This document shows, piece after piece, positions 27,525 through 36,044 of a stretch of DNA of 64,000 nt (positions within the stretch are counted from its first letter, which is position 1; the number at the start of each line of letters is the position of its first letter). This stretch comes from a virus. Lineage: Duplodnaviria > Caudoviricetes. The position numbers were made by a program, and so were the translations under genes. The notes under the pieces were generated by a model. The model had not been told where the DNA came from. It did no database searches and worked only from the letters and a program-made list of their open reading frames with translations. The stretch covers positions 1 to 64,000 of IMG/VR virus record IMGVR_UViG_3300031853_000003; one strand, 5' to 3'.

Positions 27525-27962
27525 GTGAAAAGAACATTTACTAAGACGCCAATTACTTCTGCAAAGAAAACTAACCCAGTAGCTGAAGCATTAGATAGCT
27601 ACATTGTGGATGTGTTTTCTCCTAAGCTCAATCAATACTTAGATACGTTTCTTGCACGTAAGTTTGATGATGACGAGTACTATGCTCAGTATCTTGAGTG
27701 CATGGATGATGACGAAGAGATGAGAGCAACATGTTCCGTGAGGTCAATGGTAGCCAGCATCAAAAACAGGGACGACGGAGACGGTCAATGGGACGAGTAC
27801 AATCAAGAGGTTGCATGGGCACTCATCTATTTGCTTGATAATATCAGCGCAAGTTTCTTAGCAGAGATACTGGAGGATAAAATCAACTCAAAGTATTCGT
27901 TCATATATGAAACAAATACAGATGCTGGAACACCTCTAGCAGATATCATATTCAACCATTGA
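27525..27962 (+). CDS. Acidic protein with basic leader (MKRTFTKTPITSA)
   Basis: GGAGTG RBS, GTG start. Confidence 0.75.
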   Translation: MKRTFTKTPITSAKKTNPVAEALDSYIVDVFSPKLNQYLDTFLARKFDDDEYYAQYLECMDDDEEMRATCSVRSMVASIKNRDDGDGQWDEYNQEVAWALIYLLDNISASFLAEILEDKINSKYSFIYETNTDAGTPLADIIFNH

Positions 27963-27976
27963 GAGGTGACATTATA

Positions 27977-28411
27977 ATGAGGAGATACGTTGCGTATCCG
28001 GTGATAGCTGCTAAATCATTAGATGATATAGTTAATCACATCAGCGATAAGCTGAACGTTGGTCATGTAAGGTATTCTGTGACACCTGATCCAGATAATC
28101 CTGGTACAGTACTTGTTATGAATCTGAACAACGGAAAGAAGAAATTACTCAATGTAGGATATCGTAAGAAGCCTGGCAAAGGCAAAAACTACTTGCCTTG
28201 GAGCTCTGATTATACAGTTAACGCATATGGAGAAGTGTATGACAGTGAAGGAAATCTTGTAGGTAACGCAAAGGTGTGGCCCGCAGAGTCAAACACAACT
28301 CGTTACAGAAAAGATTATCTCTTTGAAGGCGAGTACGACCACAACCCAACTGACATGCGTAAACTTGACAAGTCGAATGGTTGGGATGAATTCAAAGAAA
28401 CATTAGAATGA
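27977..28411 (+). CDS. Protein with basic leader (MRRYVAYPVIAA)
   Basis: GAGGTG RBS places the start at 27977. Confidence 0.7.
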   Translation: MRRYVAYPVIAAKSLDDIVNHISDKLNVGHVRYSVTPDPDNPGTVLVMNLNNGKKKLLNVGYRKKPGKGKNYLPWSSDYTVNAYGEVYDSEGNLVGNAKVWPAESNTTRYRKDYLFEGEYDHNPTDMRKLDKSNGWDEFKETLE

Positions 28412-28418
28412 AGTCAGT

Positions 28419-29069
28419 CTAACACACATAAACATCAACACCTAAATCATAGACGGAGATGAACCCTTGTTGGTCCATCTCCTCTTTTGTTAGGTGCTTC
28501 TGTCGCCTAGACGCATCAGACAGTATGTCCTTTCCTCTAATCCACCATTTAGTTTTCTGTATACTCCTAGAGTACTGCATACCAATAGACTTGTATGCTT
28601 CAACATCCTCAAACGACTTGTATACATATGCAACAATGTTATACACACCGAGTTCAGATGCATATTGAGAAATGCGTTGATATCCACCTTTCACATACAC
28701 ACCTGGAAGCATCCACATGCGGGACAGCTCAGAATAATACTGTTTGTTCCTAGACTTCTTAAACGTCATGATGCAATACAGTGTGTCTTCGTCACATAGC
28801 CCAAGAGCAAGTACTGTACCTCTAGGAGCCTTAAGAGGATGATGCTTGTTGAGCCAGTCATTTGCAAAATCAAGATTAAGCTTCAACATATTCAATTCAT
28901 TAGCATCAATCGTCTTTTCCGTACAAGGATTGTCCCAAACAATAGTATTCCGTTTTTTCGCAAAAGCAGCTCTCCGCTTCTTCTGCACACTCTCAAGTTT
29001 GGAGACGTTATCAACTCCATATCTCTGATTTACTGTCTCAATTCGTATCTGATTAGAATCAAGTTTCAT
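28419..29069 (-). CDS. Stand-alone Mom/GNAT-like domain homologous to the C-terminus of the Hef-like proteins
   Basis: QRYGVDN repeat; FANDWLNKHH, CIMTF, ELSRMW, GFISVYDLG. Confidence 0.6.
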   Translation of the reverse strand: MKLDSNQIRIETVNQRYGVDNVSKLESVQKKRRAAFAKKRNTIVWDNPCTEKTIDANELNMLKLNLDFANDWLNKHHPLKAPRGTVLALGLCDEDTLYCIMTFKKSRNKQYYSELSRMWMLPGVYVKGGYQRISQYASELGVYNIVAYVYKSFEDVEAYKSIGMQYSRSIQKTKWWIRGKDILSDASRRQKHLTKEEMDQQGFISVYDLGVDVYVC

Positions 29070-29754
29070 ATGGGTCTCCTTTGTTCAGTAATTTAGCATC
29101 ACGGACTGCATATCTATTGAATTCATAGCATTTATCTTTCATAACTAATTTATTCAAGATGTAATCTGGTGCAGTTATTTCCGGAAACATTGAAAATAGC
29201 CGACAGGTGAGTATATCTGTCATAACAATGTTTTGAAGTGATTGGTCAAGTTCGTTGAACTGTTCTATGAATCGATAGCGTCCAATTTCGCACATATTTC
29301 CAATACATGTAGCAGCACCTGCGTAATTCTTTATGTATCGATTTGCATCTTTAACATCAAAGAAACTGAAGTATAGGTTACAAGCTTCTTGTACATCTTT
29401 ATGAAGAACGTGTTTGCAAAATTCTGGTGTTATTTGTAACCAATAAGGTATCCTTATAACTGAGTATCCGAGCTGTTTGTAGTAGAAGTCCTTAGATATA
29501 TCAGCAAACACAGTTGCAGAAGATTGGTAATGCGGTAGACCGTCTACTTCAATCACTAGATTGAGTTCTTCGCATCTTGCGTCCGGTTTATACGCATGCT
29601 GTTTTATACCTAATTTATTTCGTCTATCAAATACATCTGGTGGTATCCTCTCGTCATATATGAAGATATCATCAGGATACAAATGGTCAAGATACGTTTT
29701 CAACGATGTAGATGTTGAGTCGTCTGTCTTCTCTCTTAGATACTTATATTTCAT
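29059..29754 (-). CDS. DUF559/Vsr-like PD-(D/E)xK endonuclease
   Basis: YKPDARCEELNLVIEVDGLPHY...KD..YKQLGYSVIRIPYW. Confidence 0.7.
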   Translation of the reverse strand: MKYKYLREKTDDSTSTSLKTYLDHLYPDDIFIYDERIPPDVFDRRNKLGIKQHAYKPDARCEELNLVIEVDGLPHYQSSATVFADISKDFYYKQLGYSVIRIPYWLQITPEFCKHVLHKDVQEACNLYFSFFDVKDANRYIKNYAGAATCIGNMCEIGRYRFIEQFNELDQSLQNIVMTDILTCRLFSMFPEITAPDYILNKLVMKDKCYEFNRYAVRDAKLLNKGDPYET

Positions 29755-29776
29755 AGTGATACCTCCTTAGGTACAA

Positions 29777-29782
29777 TAACGA
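29777..29782 (-). promoter_or_regulatory. TCGTTA motif on the minus strand
   Basis: TAACGA on + strand, upstream of the only minus-strand operon. Confidence 0.6.
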
Positions 29783-29831
29783 ATTTGTAAATAAATATAT
29801 AATGTTAGTATTACCGCACAATATCAATCAC

Positions 29832-29841
29832 ACCTTACATA
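29832..29841 (+). promoter_or_regulatory. ACCTTNNATA motif
   Basis: ACCTTACATA before the tail tube gene. Confidence 0.6.
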
Positions 29842-29886
29842 CATATGTGAACACAAACAATACATTCACGAAAGGAAAGTGATTTC

Positions 29887-30435
29887 ATGTTTTCACCTCT
29901 AGCAATGGGTACCAACCATATGTTAGGTATTGACACCTTTGTACCGTTGACGGTCAACAATTTCGAAGTCAGGGTATATAACATGGACGGAACTCAGCCG
30001 ACCGAGTTCTCTGATCTGCTAACACTCAGTACTGATGAAGTAGGCAACATCTCAGAACAGCAGGACATCATCACTGTACACTACGGAAACGGACTCATCA
30101 AGTTCCCGTCGAAGGTACAGTTCCAGGATGTAGAATGGACACTGAACTGCTACTGCCAGCCTAACGTACTCGAGTCGCTCCGTGCTTGGAGAAAGCTCGT
30201 CTATGATCCGGACACAGAGAGAATGGGTCTGCCCTCAGAGTATATGAAGCAGGTATTCTTCATCAAGTACGACGGTCAGGGTAATGTTCGCGACGTAATC
30301 AGATGCCCAGGTACTTGGATTGGCGCACTCGATAACGGTGCCATGAACCAGACCGGCGGTGAACTCGTCAAGATCAAAGTACCGTTCATCATCTCTCGTG
30401 TAATCTACATGAGCCAGTCGGACATCCAGAAGTAA
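29887..30435 (+). CDS. Tail tube protein (T4 gp19-like)
   Basis: NNFEV, KFPSKVQF, L.AWRKLVYDPDT..MGLPSEYMK, KYDGQG, GTW. Confidence 0.85.
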   Translation: MFSPLAMGTNHMLGIDTFVPLTVNNFEVRVYNMDGTQPTEFSDLLTLSTDEVGNISEQQDIITVHYGNGLIKFPSKVQFQDVEWTLNCYCQPNVLESLRAWRKLVYDPDTERMGLPSEYMKQVFFIKYDGQGNVRDVIRCPGTWIGALDNGAMNQTGGELVKIKVPFIISRVIYMSQSDIQK

Positions 30436-30452
30436 TCTTGTATCTTAACAGA

Positions 30453-30483
30453 GCAGCCGAGCGAAGCAGTTCGGCTGCTTTTG
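30453..30483 (+). terminator. Intrinsic terminator
   Basis: AGCAGCCGAG...TTCGGCTGCT-TTT. Confidence 0.75.
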
Positions 30484-30495
30484 TTGTGTGTAAAA

Positions 30496-30501
30496 TCGTT
30501 A
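30496..30501 (+). promoter_or_regulatory. TCGTTA motif
   Basis: Upstream of 30522. Confidence 0.55.
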
Positions 30502-30521
30502 AATTACGTGAGGTGAACAGT

Positions 30522-32177
30522 ATGTTGAAGGAAAAGAGCTGCGCAGAGTGCGGAAAGATTTTTCAGCCTAAATCTGGGACTCAAAGATACTGTCCAGGTC
30601 CGCATGTAGCCGTCTGCGAATTCTGCGGAAAGTCTTTCCAGTATTCTTGCTCACCGAAGGAGAAGCCTAGGTACTGTTCTCAACAGTGCATAAATGACGG
30701 CAAAAGACGGACGGTTCAGGCAAAGTACGGCGTAGAAAATGTATCGCAGTTGGATACTGTCAGAAAGAAGATAAGTGATGCAAACAGCTCAGATGAGGTT
30801 CAAGCAAAGCGTCGTCAAACTAGTTTACAGAATTGGGGAGTAGATAACCCTGCAAAGAACGAGGTTGTCAAGGCGAAGATGTCAGAGGTAATGTCATCAG
30901 AGGAATATCTTGACAATCGCCGGCAAACTTGTCTTGAACGGTATGGTACAGAGTCGCCGATGCAGAATGATGAGGTGAAGGCGAAACAGCATCAAACAAA
31001 CATTGATAGATACGGAATGACTGGACATCCTCATACTCGAGAAGATTTTATGAAAATGATGGTTGATCCTTCAAAAGTAGACGACTATCTCTCTTTCAGA
31101 TCAGATCCTGCATCATATATCACACTACACTATAGCGAACCTCCTTCCATATCTCAGCTGAAAGGCGCATTAGGTGTAACAGATACACCGATCTACAATG
31201 TATTGATAGCATATAACTGCAGTGATATGATATCGCATGTTTGCAGTAACATGGAAGAGGAAGTTGTCAGATTTCTTGAAAGTATTCTACCTCCGACAAA
31301 GATAATTCGCAACGATAGAACTGTTATCAAACCTTATGAGATTGATATCTATCTCCCCGAGTACAAGATAGGTATTGAATGCAATCCTGCATCAACTCAC
31401 AATTCTTCTAAGAGTGATCCTTGGGGCGCACCGCCTAAATCATATAAGTATCACCAGACCAAGTCATTACTTGCACAAAAGAACGATGTATTTCTATTTC
31501 ATATCTTTGGATATGAATGGATCAATAATAGAGATAAGATTGAATACATGTTGATGAATCTCTTTCATGAGAATGTATCGTCTGTGGGAGCTCGTGAAAC
31601 TCAAGTGTCAATTGTTCCACATAAAGACGCAAAGAAGTTTCTAGAGGAGAATCATCGTCAAGGTTATACATCCTTTAACTTGAATCTTGGCCTATATACT
31701 AAGAAAGATATAGAACGAGGTAAACTCAATCTTGTAGCTTTGATGACATTCAGTCATACAAGGCCTACAATGGGCAAAACATCTTCTGATGATGAAGATA
31801 CATGGGAGCTTTCACGATTCTGTACTCGAGTAGGTACAAATGTTCCTGGAGGTGCAAGCAAACTTTTCAAAACATTCTTATGGCTTGCAAAACCTAAGAA
31901 GGTCATTTCGTTCTCTGATGTAGCACATACACGCGGAAAGTTGTATGAAATACTCGGATTCAAACAGATGTCAATGTCTGCTCCAAGTTACGTTTGGTGC
32001 GATATCTATGATAACCGATATTTTCATAGAGTGTCCTGTCAGAAACGAAATCTGAGGAAGTTATTTGATGACGACACAATAGATATAGACCACATGACGG
32101 AACGTGAGATCATGGAATCTCGTGGATTTGTCAGGGTGTATGATTGTGGAGTAATCAGATGGGAGTACACAGTATGA
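30522..32177 (+). CDS. Hef-like homing endonuclease, paralog of 6079-8088
   Basis: Same architecture: CxxC, KYGVEN/ERYG repeats, GVTDTP, EIDIYLPEYKIGIECNP, ELSRFC..GGASKLF. Confidence 0.7.
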   Translation: MLKEKSCAECGKIFQPKSGTQRYCPGPHVAVCEFCGKSFQYSCSPKEKPRYCSQQCINDGKRRTVQAKYGVENVSQLDTVRKKISDANSSDEVQAKRRQTSLQNWGVDNPAKNEVVKAKMSEVMSSEEYLDNRRQTCLERYGTESPMQNDEVKAKQHQTNIDRYGMTGHPHTREDFMKMMVDPSKVDDYLSFRSDPASYITLHYSEPPSISQLKGALGVTDTPIYNVLIAYNCSDMISHVCSNMEEEVVRFLESILPPTKIIRNDRTVIKPYEIDIYLPEYKIGIECNPASTHNSSKSDPWGAPPKSYKYHQTKSLLAQKNDVFLFHIFGYEWINNRDKIEYMLMNLFHENVSSVGARETQVSIVPHKDAKKFLEENHRQGYTSFNLNLGLYTKKDIERGKLNLVALMTFSHTRPTMGKTSSDDEDTWELSRFCTRVGTNVPGGASKLFKTFLWLAKPKKVISFSDVAHTRGKLYEILGFKQMSMSAPSYVWCDIYDNRYFHRVSCQKRNLRKLFDDDTIDIDHMTEREIMESRGFVRVYDCGVIRWEYTV

Positions 32178-32395
32178 ATTATATGTCATGGATAGACGAC
32201 GTAGAACAGGATATTCAGAGAGTGAATAGTATAATCACTAGGAAATCTCAGAAACTTCGTTCTGGTGGTGATATGACTGTTTCTAAGGTGCTATCTCTGC
32301 GCACAGAGTTACAAGCATGGCGCGAAATACGGCGTGAGCTCTGGAACATGAAGCGTTCTCTTGAAAAGTTGGCGAAGGAGACGTCACATGCGTAA
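32174..32395 (+). CDS. Hypothetical protein
   Basis: ATGA overlap; GGGAG RBS. Confidence 0.6.
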   Translation: MNYMSWIDDVEQDIQRVNSIITRKSQKLRSGGDMTVSKVLSLRTELQAWREIRRELWNMKRSLEKLAKETSHA

Positions 32396-32606
32396 GACAG
32401 TAGAATTTCCTGCAGACAGAAACGGATATGATTGTGTCCATTGTTTCTGGGAGAACATCAACTGGGGCGACAATGGACACTGCAGACATTGTAGACGAGA
32501 ATATGCGGAGAAACTCTTGCAAGGTACTCCGCCAGATACAGTTGTATGTATACGATATGACGGAACGGAGGTATGTTATGGACATAAAACTAAAGTGGCG
32601 AGGTAG
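32388..32606 (+). CDS. Small Cys-containing hypothetical protein
   Basis: AAGGAG RBS; CVHC/CRHC. Confidence 0.55.
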   Translation: MRKTVEFPADRNGYDCVHCFWENINWGDNGHCRHCRREYAEKLLQGTPPDTVVCIRYDGTEVCYGHKTKVAR

Positions 32607-32895
32607 CGACGGAACTAACATATTAGATACAGGAGGATTCTTGTTACCGCTTGACAAGAAAGATGGTATCCCACGCCTAACTGATATGGTCAGTATCCAA
32701 TACACTATCGGTCAAACTAATAGCGGTGTTTCAATCCGGTTTGCAAACAGACTTACATCCTATCGACTTTCTGAAGATTTCCAAGGATCTCTTGAAGAAG
32801 CACGGAATCTGTGCGAAGAGCATCTCCAGACCATCATGGAGGAACTCTGCTGGCAGATTAAACAAGCCCTACTCAACAGGAGGTCAGATGAATAA
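32578..32895 (+). CDS. Hypothetical protein
   Basis: GGAGGT RBS. Confidence 0.6.
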   Translation: MDIKLKWRGSDGTNILDTGGFLLPLDKKDGIPRLTDMVSIQYTIGQTNSGVSIRFANRLTSYRLSEDFQGSLEEARNLCEEHLQTIMEELCWQIKQALLNRRSDE

Positions 32896-33211
32896 ACTAG
32901 TATTTGAACCGACACACTTAGGGTCGACAGCAAAGGTGAAGGCACACCTGCCTGCATATGATATATCATATACACTCTACACATTTGAGATTGAACCACA
33001 TGGCTATGATATGACTACACATCTTCCTGCTAGTTATCAGGTTGTAGTATATCTAGGAGAGCCTTGGCAGCATAGCATCATCTTTCACAAGGATACATGT
33101 GACGATATCTACGAAGCTGAGAGATTCTGTCAAGGTCTGTACGAATTACTTCTGCAAGGTCTCTGTCATCTGTCTGATGAACCTTCTATACGTGTGAATA
33201 TAAATACATAG
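32888..33211 (+). CDS. Hypothetical protein
   Basis: AGGAGGT RBS. Confidence 0.6.
   Translation: MNKLVFEPTHLGSTAKVKAHLPAYDISYTLYTFEIEPHGYDMTTHLPASYQVVVYLGEPWQHSIIFHKDTCDDIYEAERFCQGLYELLLQGLCHLSDEPSIRVNINT
33181..33190 (+). promoter_or_regulatory. ACCTTNNATA motif
   Basis: ACCTTCTATA before the 33225 operon. Confidence 0.6.
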
Positions 33212-33224
33212 GAGTGATACAACT

Positions 33225-33407
33225 ATGGTAGATCTAAATGCTATTCCAAAGCCTGGCGAATACCTTGTAACTTCAATCGCAGATCTTGCAAATATTCCTG
33301 CTGCTGCTCCGGTTGGTAGTCTTGCAATTATAGCTACTAGTGACAGCGTGACGGTAAGAGTAAAGCGGACAGAAGGCTCCGCTGCATCTAACTGGAAAGA
33401 ACTATAA
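33225..33407 (+). CDS. Small putative virion decoration protein
   Basis: AGGAG RBS; behind the late motif. Confidence 0.55.
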   Translation: MVDLNAIPKPGEYLVTSIADLANIPAAAPVGSLAIIATSDSVTVRVKRTEGSAASNWKEL

Positions 33408-33420
33408 GAGGTGGTCGACT

Positions 33421-33894
33421 ATGTTATCTGCTAGAATGGCCATGATGGTTGCTATTTCAGTTGCAAAAAGCTACACAAACAAAGAATGCGACAGAGTTGA
33501 GCGTGCTGGATTCAAAGCTGTTGTTATGCAGGATAGATCCATACTCCAGTCCACAGGACAGTATAAGATCCTATACTTCCTGCCGAAGACAACATCTAAG
33601 CCGCAAGACGGATATGATGAATTCATATACACATCGGATAACCAGTGGGAAGAGGTCGGTCATACAGATATAGACCTCTCTGCGTATGCTACTATGGAGT
33701 GGGTCGTTGATCTGTTGATGACCGCACATATTGACGAGAATGGGCACCTGCTTTTCACGCTTCCTGATGGATCAGACTTTGATGTCGGAAATGTTGTAGG
33801 TCCCCAAGGTGAGTCATATGTTCTGACTGAGAACGACAAGAATGATATTGCACAGATAGTGTATGATATGATGCAGCCGGAGGAAGAACCATGA
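33421..33894 (+). CDS. Putative head/tail fibre-like virion protein
   Basis: LYFLPK...YDEFIY...WEEVGHTDIDLSAYAT and a GPQG segment typical of phage fibres. Confidence 0.55.
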   Translation: MLSARMAMMVAISVAKSYTNKECDRVERAGFKAVVMQDRSILQSTGQYKILYFLPKTTSKPQDGYDEFIYTSDNQWEEVGHTDIDLSAYATMEWVVDLLMTAHIDENGHLLFTLPDGSDFDVGNVVGPQGESYVLTENDKNDIAQIVYDMMQPEEEP

Positions 33895-34148
33895 AACGAG
33901 TAATTACAGCATCAGCTAAAAGACGTTCTGCTATATGCGGACTTGCTGATATCAGCCCTGAGTCCAAGCGTACTGCAGCAGGACTTGCTGTCGGAGATTG
34001 CGTTTACGATGAAGATCTGGATACACTCTTTGTTGTAAGCAACATCGAGAGCGGCAAAGATGGGACCGTAGTAGTGACAGACGAAGAAGGCGAAACTTAC
34101 TACTACGATCCAAATGATACTCTGTATTGGCAGGCCAACAATCGTTAA
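33891..34148 (+). CDS. Acidic protein with basic leader (MKRVITAS)
   Basis: GGAGG RBS; ATGA overlap. Confidence 0.7.
   Translation: MKRVITASAKRRSAICGLADISPESKRTAAGLAVGDCVYDEDLDTLFVVSNIESGKDGTVVVTDEEGETYYYDPNDTLYWQANNR
34142..34147 (+). promoter_or_regulatory. TCGTTA motif
   Basis: Upstream of 34181. Confidence 0.5.
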
Positions 34149-34180
34149 ATCACACATCAAATTCTAAAAGGTGTGATAAC

Positions 34181-34624
34181 ATGTCGAAAACACTGCCTGT
34201 CCCTCGCATATCTGATTTTGAATCAACAGAGTACGGTCCGCTAGAGGTACAGCTTGAGAGCTTGGTTACATACCGGGCTGTGTACAAAGCATCAAACATT
34301 GTCCAAGATCGAACTCCTCTAATGGACTGTATGGTAGTTTCTGCACGTCGATATTTCAATCGAGTCAGCCCAGACCTGGAGAAATACGTCGATGTGTTTA
34401 TTGCAGGATATTCAGGATTTCATGCCCAGATGTTATTCTGCATAAACAAGTTTGTTGATATAATCAACAATGGTACTACACAAGAGAAATTTGAAGAGTA
34501 CGACAAGGCTCTGCATAATCTCACCAAACAATTCAGATGTATAATTCAGGCAGTAGCGGCCTGGGACAGTTATATCAAAACTCAATCGGAGGAGGATGAC
34601 GATGAAGCTATCAAAGAAGGGTAA
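34181..34624 (+). CDS. Hypothetical protein
   Basis: AAGGTG RBS. Confidence 0.65.
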   Translation: MSKTLPVPRISDFESTEYGPLEVQLESLVTYRAVYKASNIVQDRTPLMDCMVVSARRYFNRVSPDLEKYVDVFIAGYSGFHAQMLFCINKFVDIINNGTTQEKFEEYDKALHNLTKQFRCIIQAVAAWDSYIKTQSEEDDDEAIKEG

Positions 34625-35081
34625 GGCACATGTTCGGAATATGCTCGACAAGCTGTCCGTGTCCCTTGTTACAGACCAACCGGTTGACAAGTCATTCGTA
34701 GAGGATATGTATACACTTCTGTGTGATCTATACAACAGCGGAAGCGACGAAACGGTGGAAATTCCGACATCTGTGTTCAAGCTGATTCCATACATCTTGG
34801 AAGAATCTACGCTTGACAACTCATCGATCGCTAATCTGATCAACTGTATGAATCTTCGAGCTGAAGAGCTGATGTCACGTGGGGATGTGATGTCTGACCT
34901 GACATTGAAGTCTGGTATCAAGGCGATCAAAGATCTCAAGAGCAGACTTGATGCAGTCCGCAGTCTTGCACAGACATGTGTTACAGAAGCTGATCTGTCA
35001 GATGACACAACGGAGTATATCTTCACCGGAATGATGTCAGATCTCAATGTAGCGAAGAAATTACAATCTAAACTCGGCTAA
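34596..35081 (+). CDS. Hypothetical protein
   Basis: GGAGG RBS. Confidence 0.65.
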   Translation: MTMKLSKKGKAHVRNMLDKLSVSLVTDQPVDKSFVEDMYTLLCDLYNSGSDETVEIPTSVFKLIPYILEESTLDNSSIANLINCMNLRAEELMSRGDVMSDLTLKSGIKAIKDLKSRLDAVRSLAQTCVTEADLSDDTTEYIFTGMMSDLNVAKKLQSKLG

Positions 35082-35088
35082 ACATATG

Positions 35089-35115
35089 GCAGCTCTGGCG
35101 AGTCTGGAGCTGCTT
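35089..35115 (+). terminator. Hairpin/terminator
   Basis: GCAGCTCTGG-cgagt-CTGGAGCTGC. Confidence 0.6.
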
Positions 35116-35120
35116 CGTTA
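35115..35120 (+). promoter_or_regulatory. TCGTTA motif
   Basis: Upstream of 35148. Confidence 0.55.
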
Positions 35121-35147
35121 TGTTTGTTACACGGAGGTAAATCATCC

Positions 35148-35822
35148 ATGATAACAGAAAAAGACGTTAGACAGTTTATATCACAAAGTTCTGACATGGT
35201 CATTGAATTCGTACATGGGCGCGAGTACGTCAAGATGTTCGATGAAACAGGACGCCCTGTTCGACTCACATTGCTGACCGATGTTGTGCAAGAACTGCGC
35301 AGAGAGATGCACTGCGACCTCTCATTAGTATATACAGATCCAGGTTCGCTTGATGTCATATACAAATGCAATGAGTGCGGAACAGTCATCTACACAAATG
35401 ATGAGTATTATGATCCAAATCTTGTATGCCCTGTATGCGATCCTCGCTACTCACATAAGGTCAAGTATGACAAGACCGGAACCCTTGATAAGGTCTACGA
35501 GAAATCCTATCGACATTACAAGTTCGAGGAAGAGCGCATCAAACGCAGAGGTAAATTCGATTGGGAACTATTCAAGCATGAATTCTACTGGTTCCACAAA
35601 CATATCAAATGGTCATTTATTGTAGACGATCTGTATGGTCAGCATTTTCCGTTGAGAGGCCTAAGATTTGTCATACAGAGCTACGACCCTGACAGCGATA
35701 CTTATAACTATCACCAGCTTCCGCTGTCGATTCACTTCATCAGGGAGTTGCGAACTGGACGACGCAAGAAACAAGAGAACTTAGATTCGCAGATAGACGA
35801 AGTTCTAAAATTATTTGAATAA
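35148..35822 (+). CDS. Zinc-ribbon hypothetical protein
   Basis: CNECG...CPVC; GGAGGT RBS. Confidence 0.7.
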   Translation: MITEKDVRQFISQSSDMVIEFVHGREYVKMFDETGRPVRLTLLTDVVQELRREMHCDLSLVYTDPGSLDVIYKCNECGTVIYTNDEYYDPNLVCPVCDPRYSHKVKYDKTGTLDKVYEKSYRHYKFEEERIKRRGKFDWELFKHEFYWFHKHIKWSFIVDDLYGQHFPLRGLRFVIQSYDPDSDTYNYHQLPLSIHFIRELRTGRRKKQENLDSQIDEVLKLFE

Positions 35823-35837
35823 ATTTTAGAAAATCGC

Positions 35838-35866
35838 TTGACTTTTCACACAAATCCGTCTATAAT
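35838..35866 (+). promoter_or_regulatory. Host sigmaA/sigma70-type promoter
   Basis: TTGACT-17 nt-TATAAT with an A/T-rich upstream region. Confidence 0.8.
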
Positions 35867-35872
35867 AATACT

Positions 35873-35981
35873 TGTAGGACATATCAAGACTACAAGACGT
35901 ATCAAGACGGGACAGTTGATAACAACTTTCATATAAATCCCGAAGGTGGCGTATATGTAGTCTTGCATATACGTCATTTTT
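35873..35981 (+). ncRNA. Candidate ~110-nt sRNA/attenuator leader
   Basis: Bounded by the sigmaA promoter and a 13-bp hairpin plus T5 (35947-35981); no ORF seen. Confidence 0.5.
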
Positions 35982-35986
35982 CGTTA
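35981..35986 (+). promoter_or_regulatory. TCGTTA motif
   Basis: Directly after the leader terminator, upstream of 36045. Confidence 0.55.
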
Positions 35987-36044
35987 TATACGATGTAACT
36001 ATCCAACATATCAAGACAGCAAGAGCTGAAAAGGAGTAGTAATC

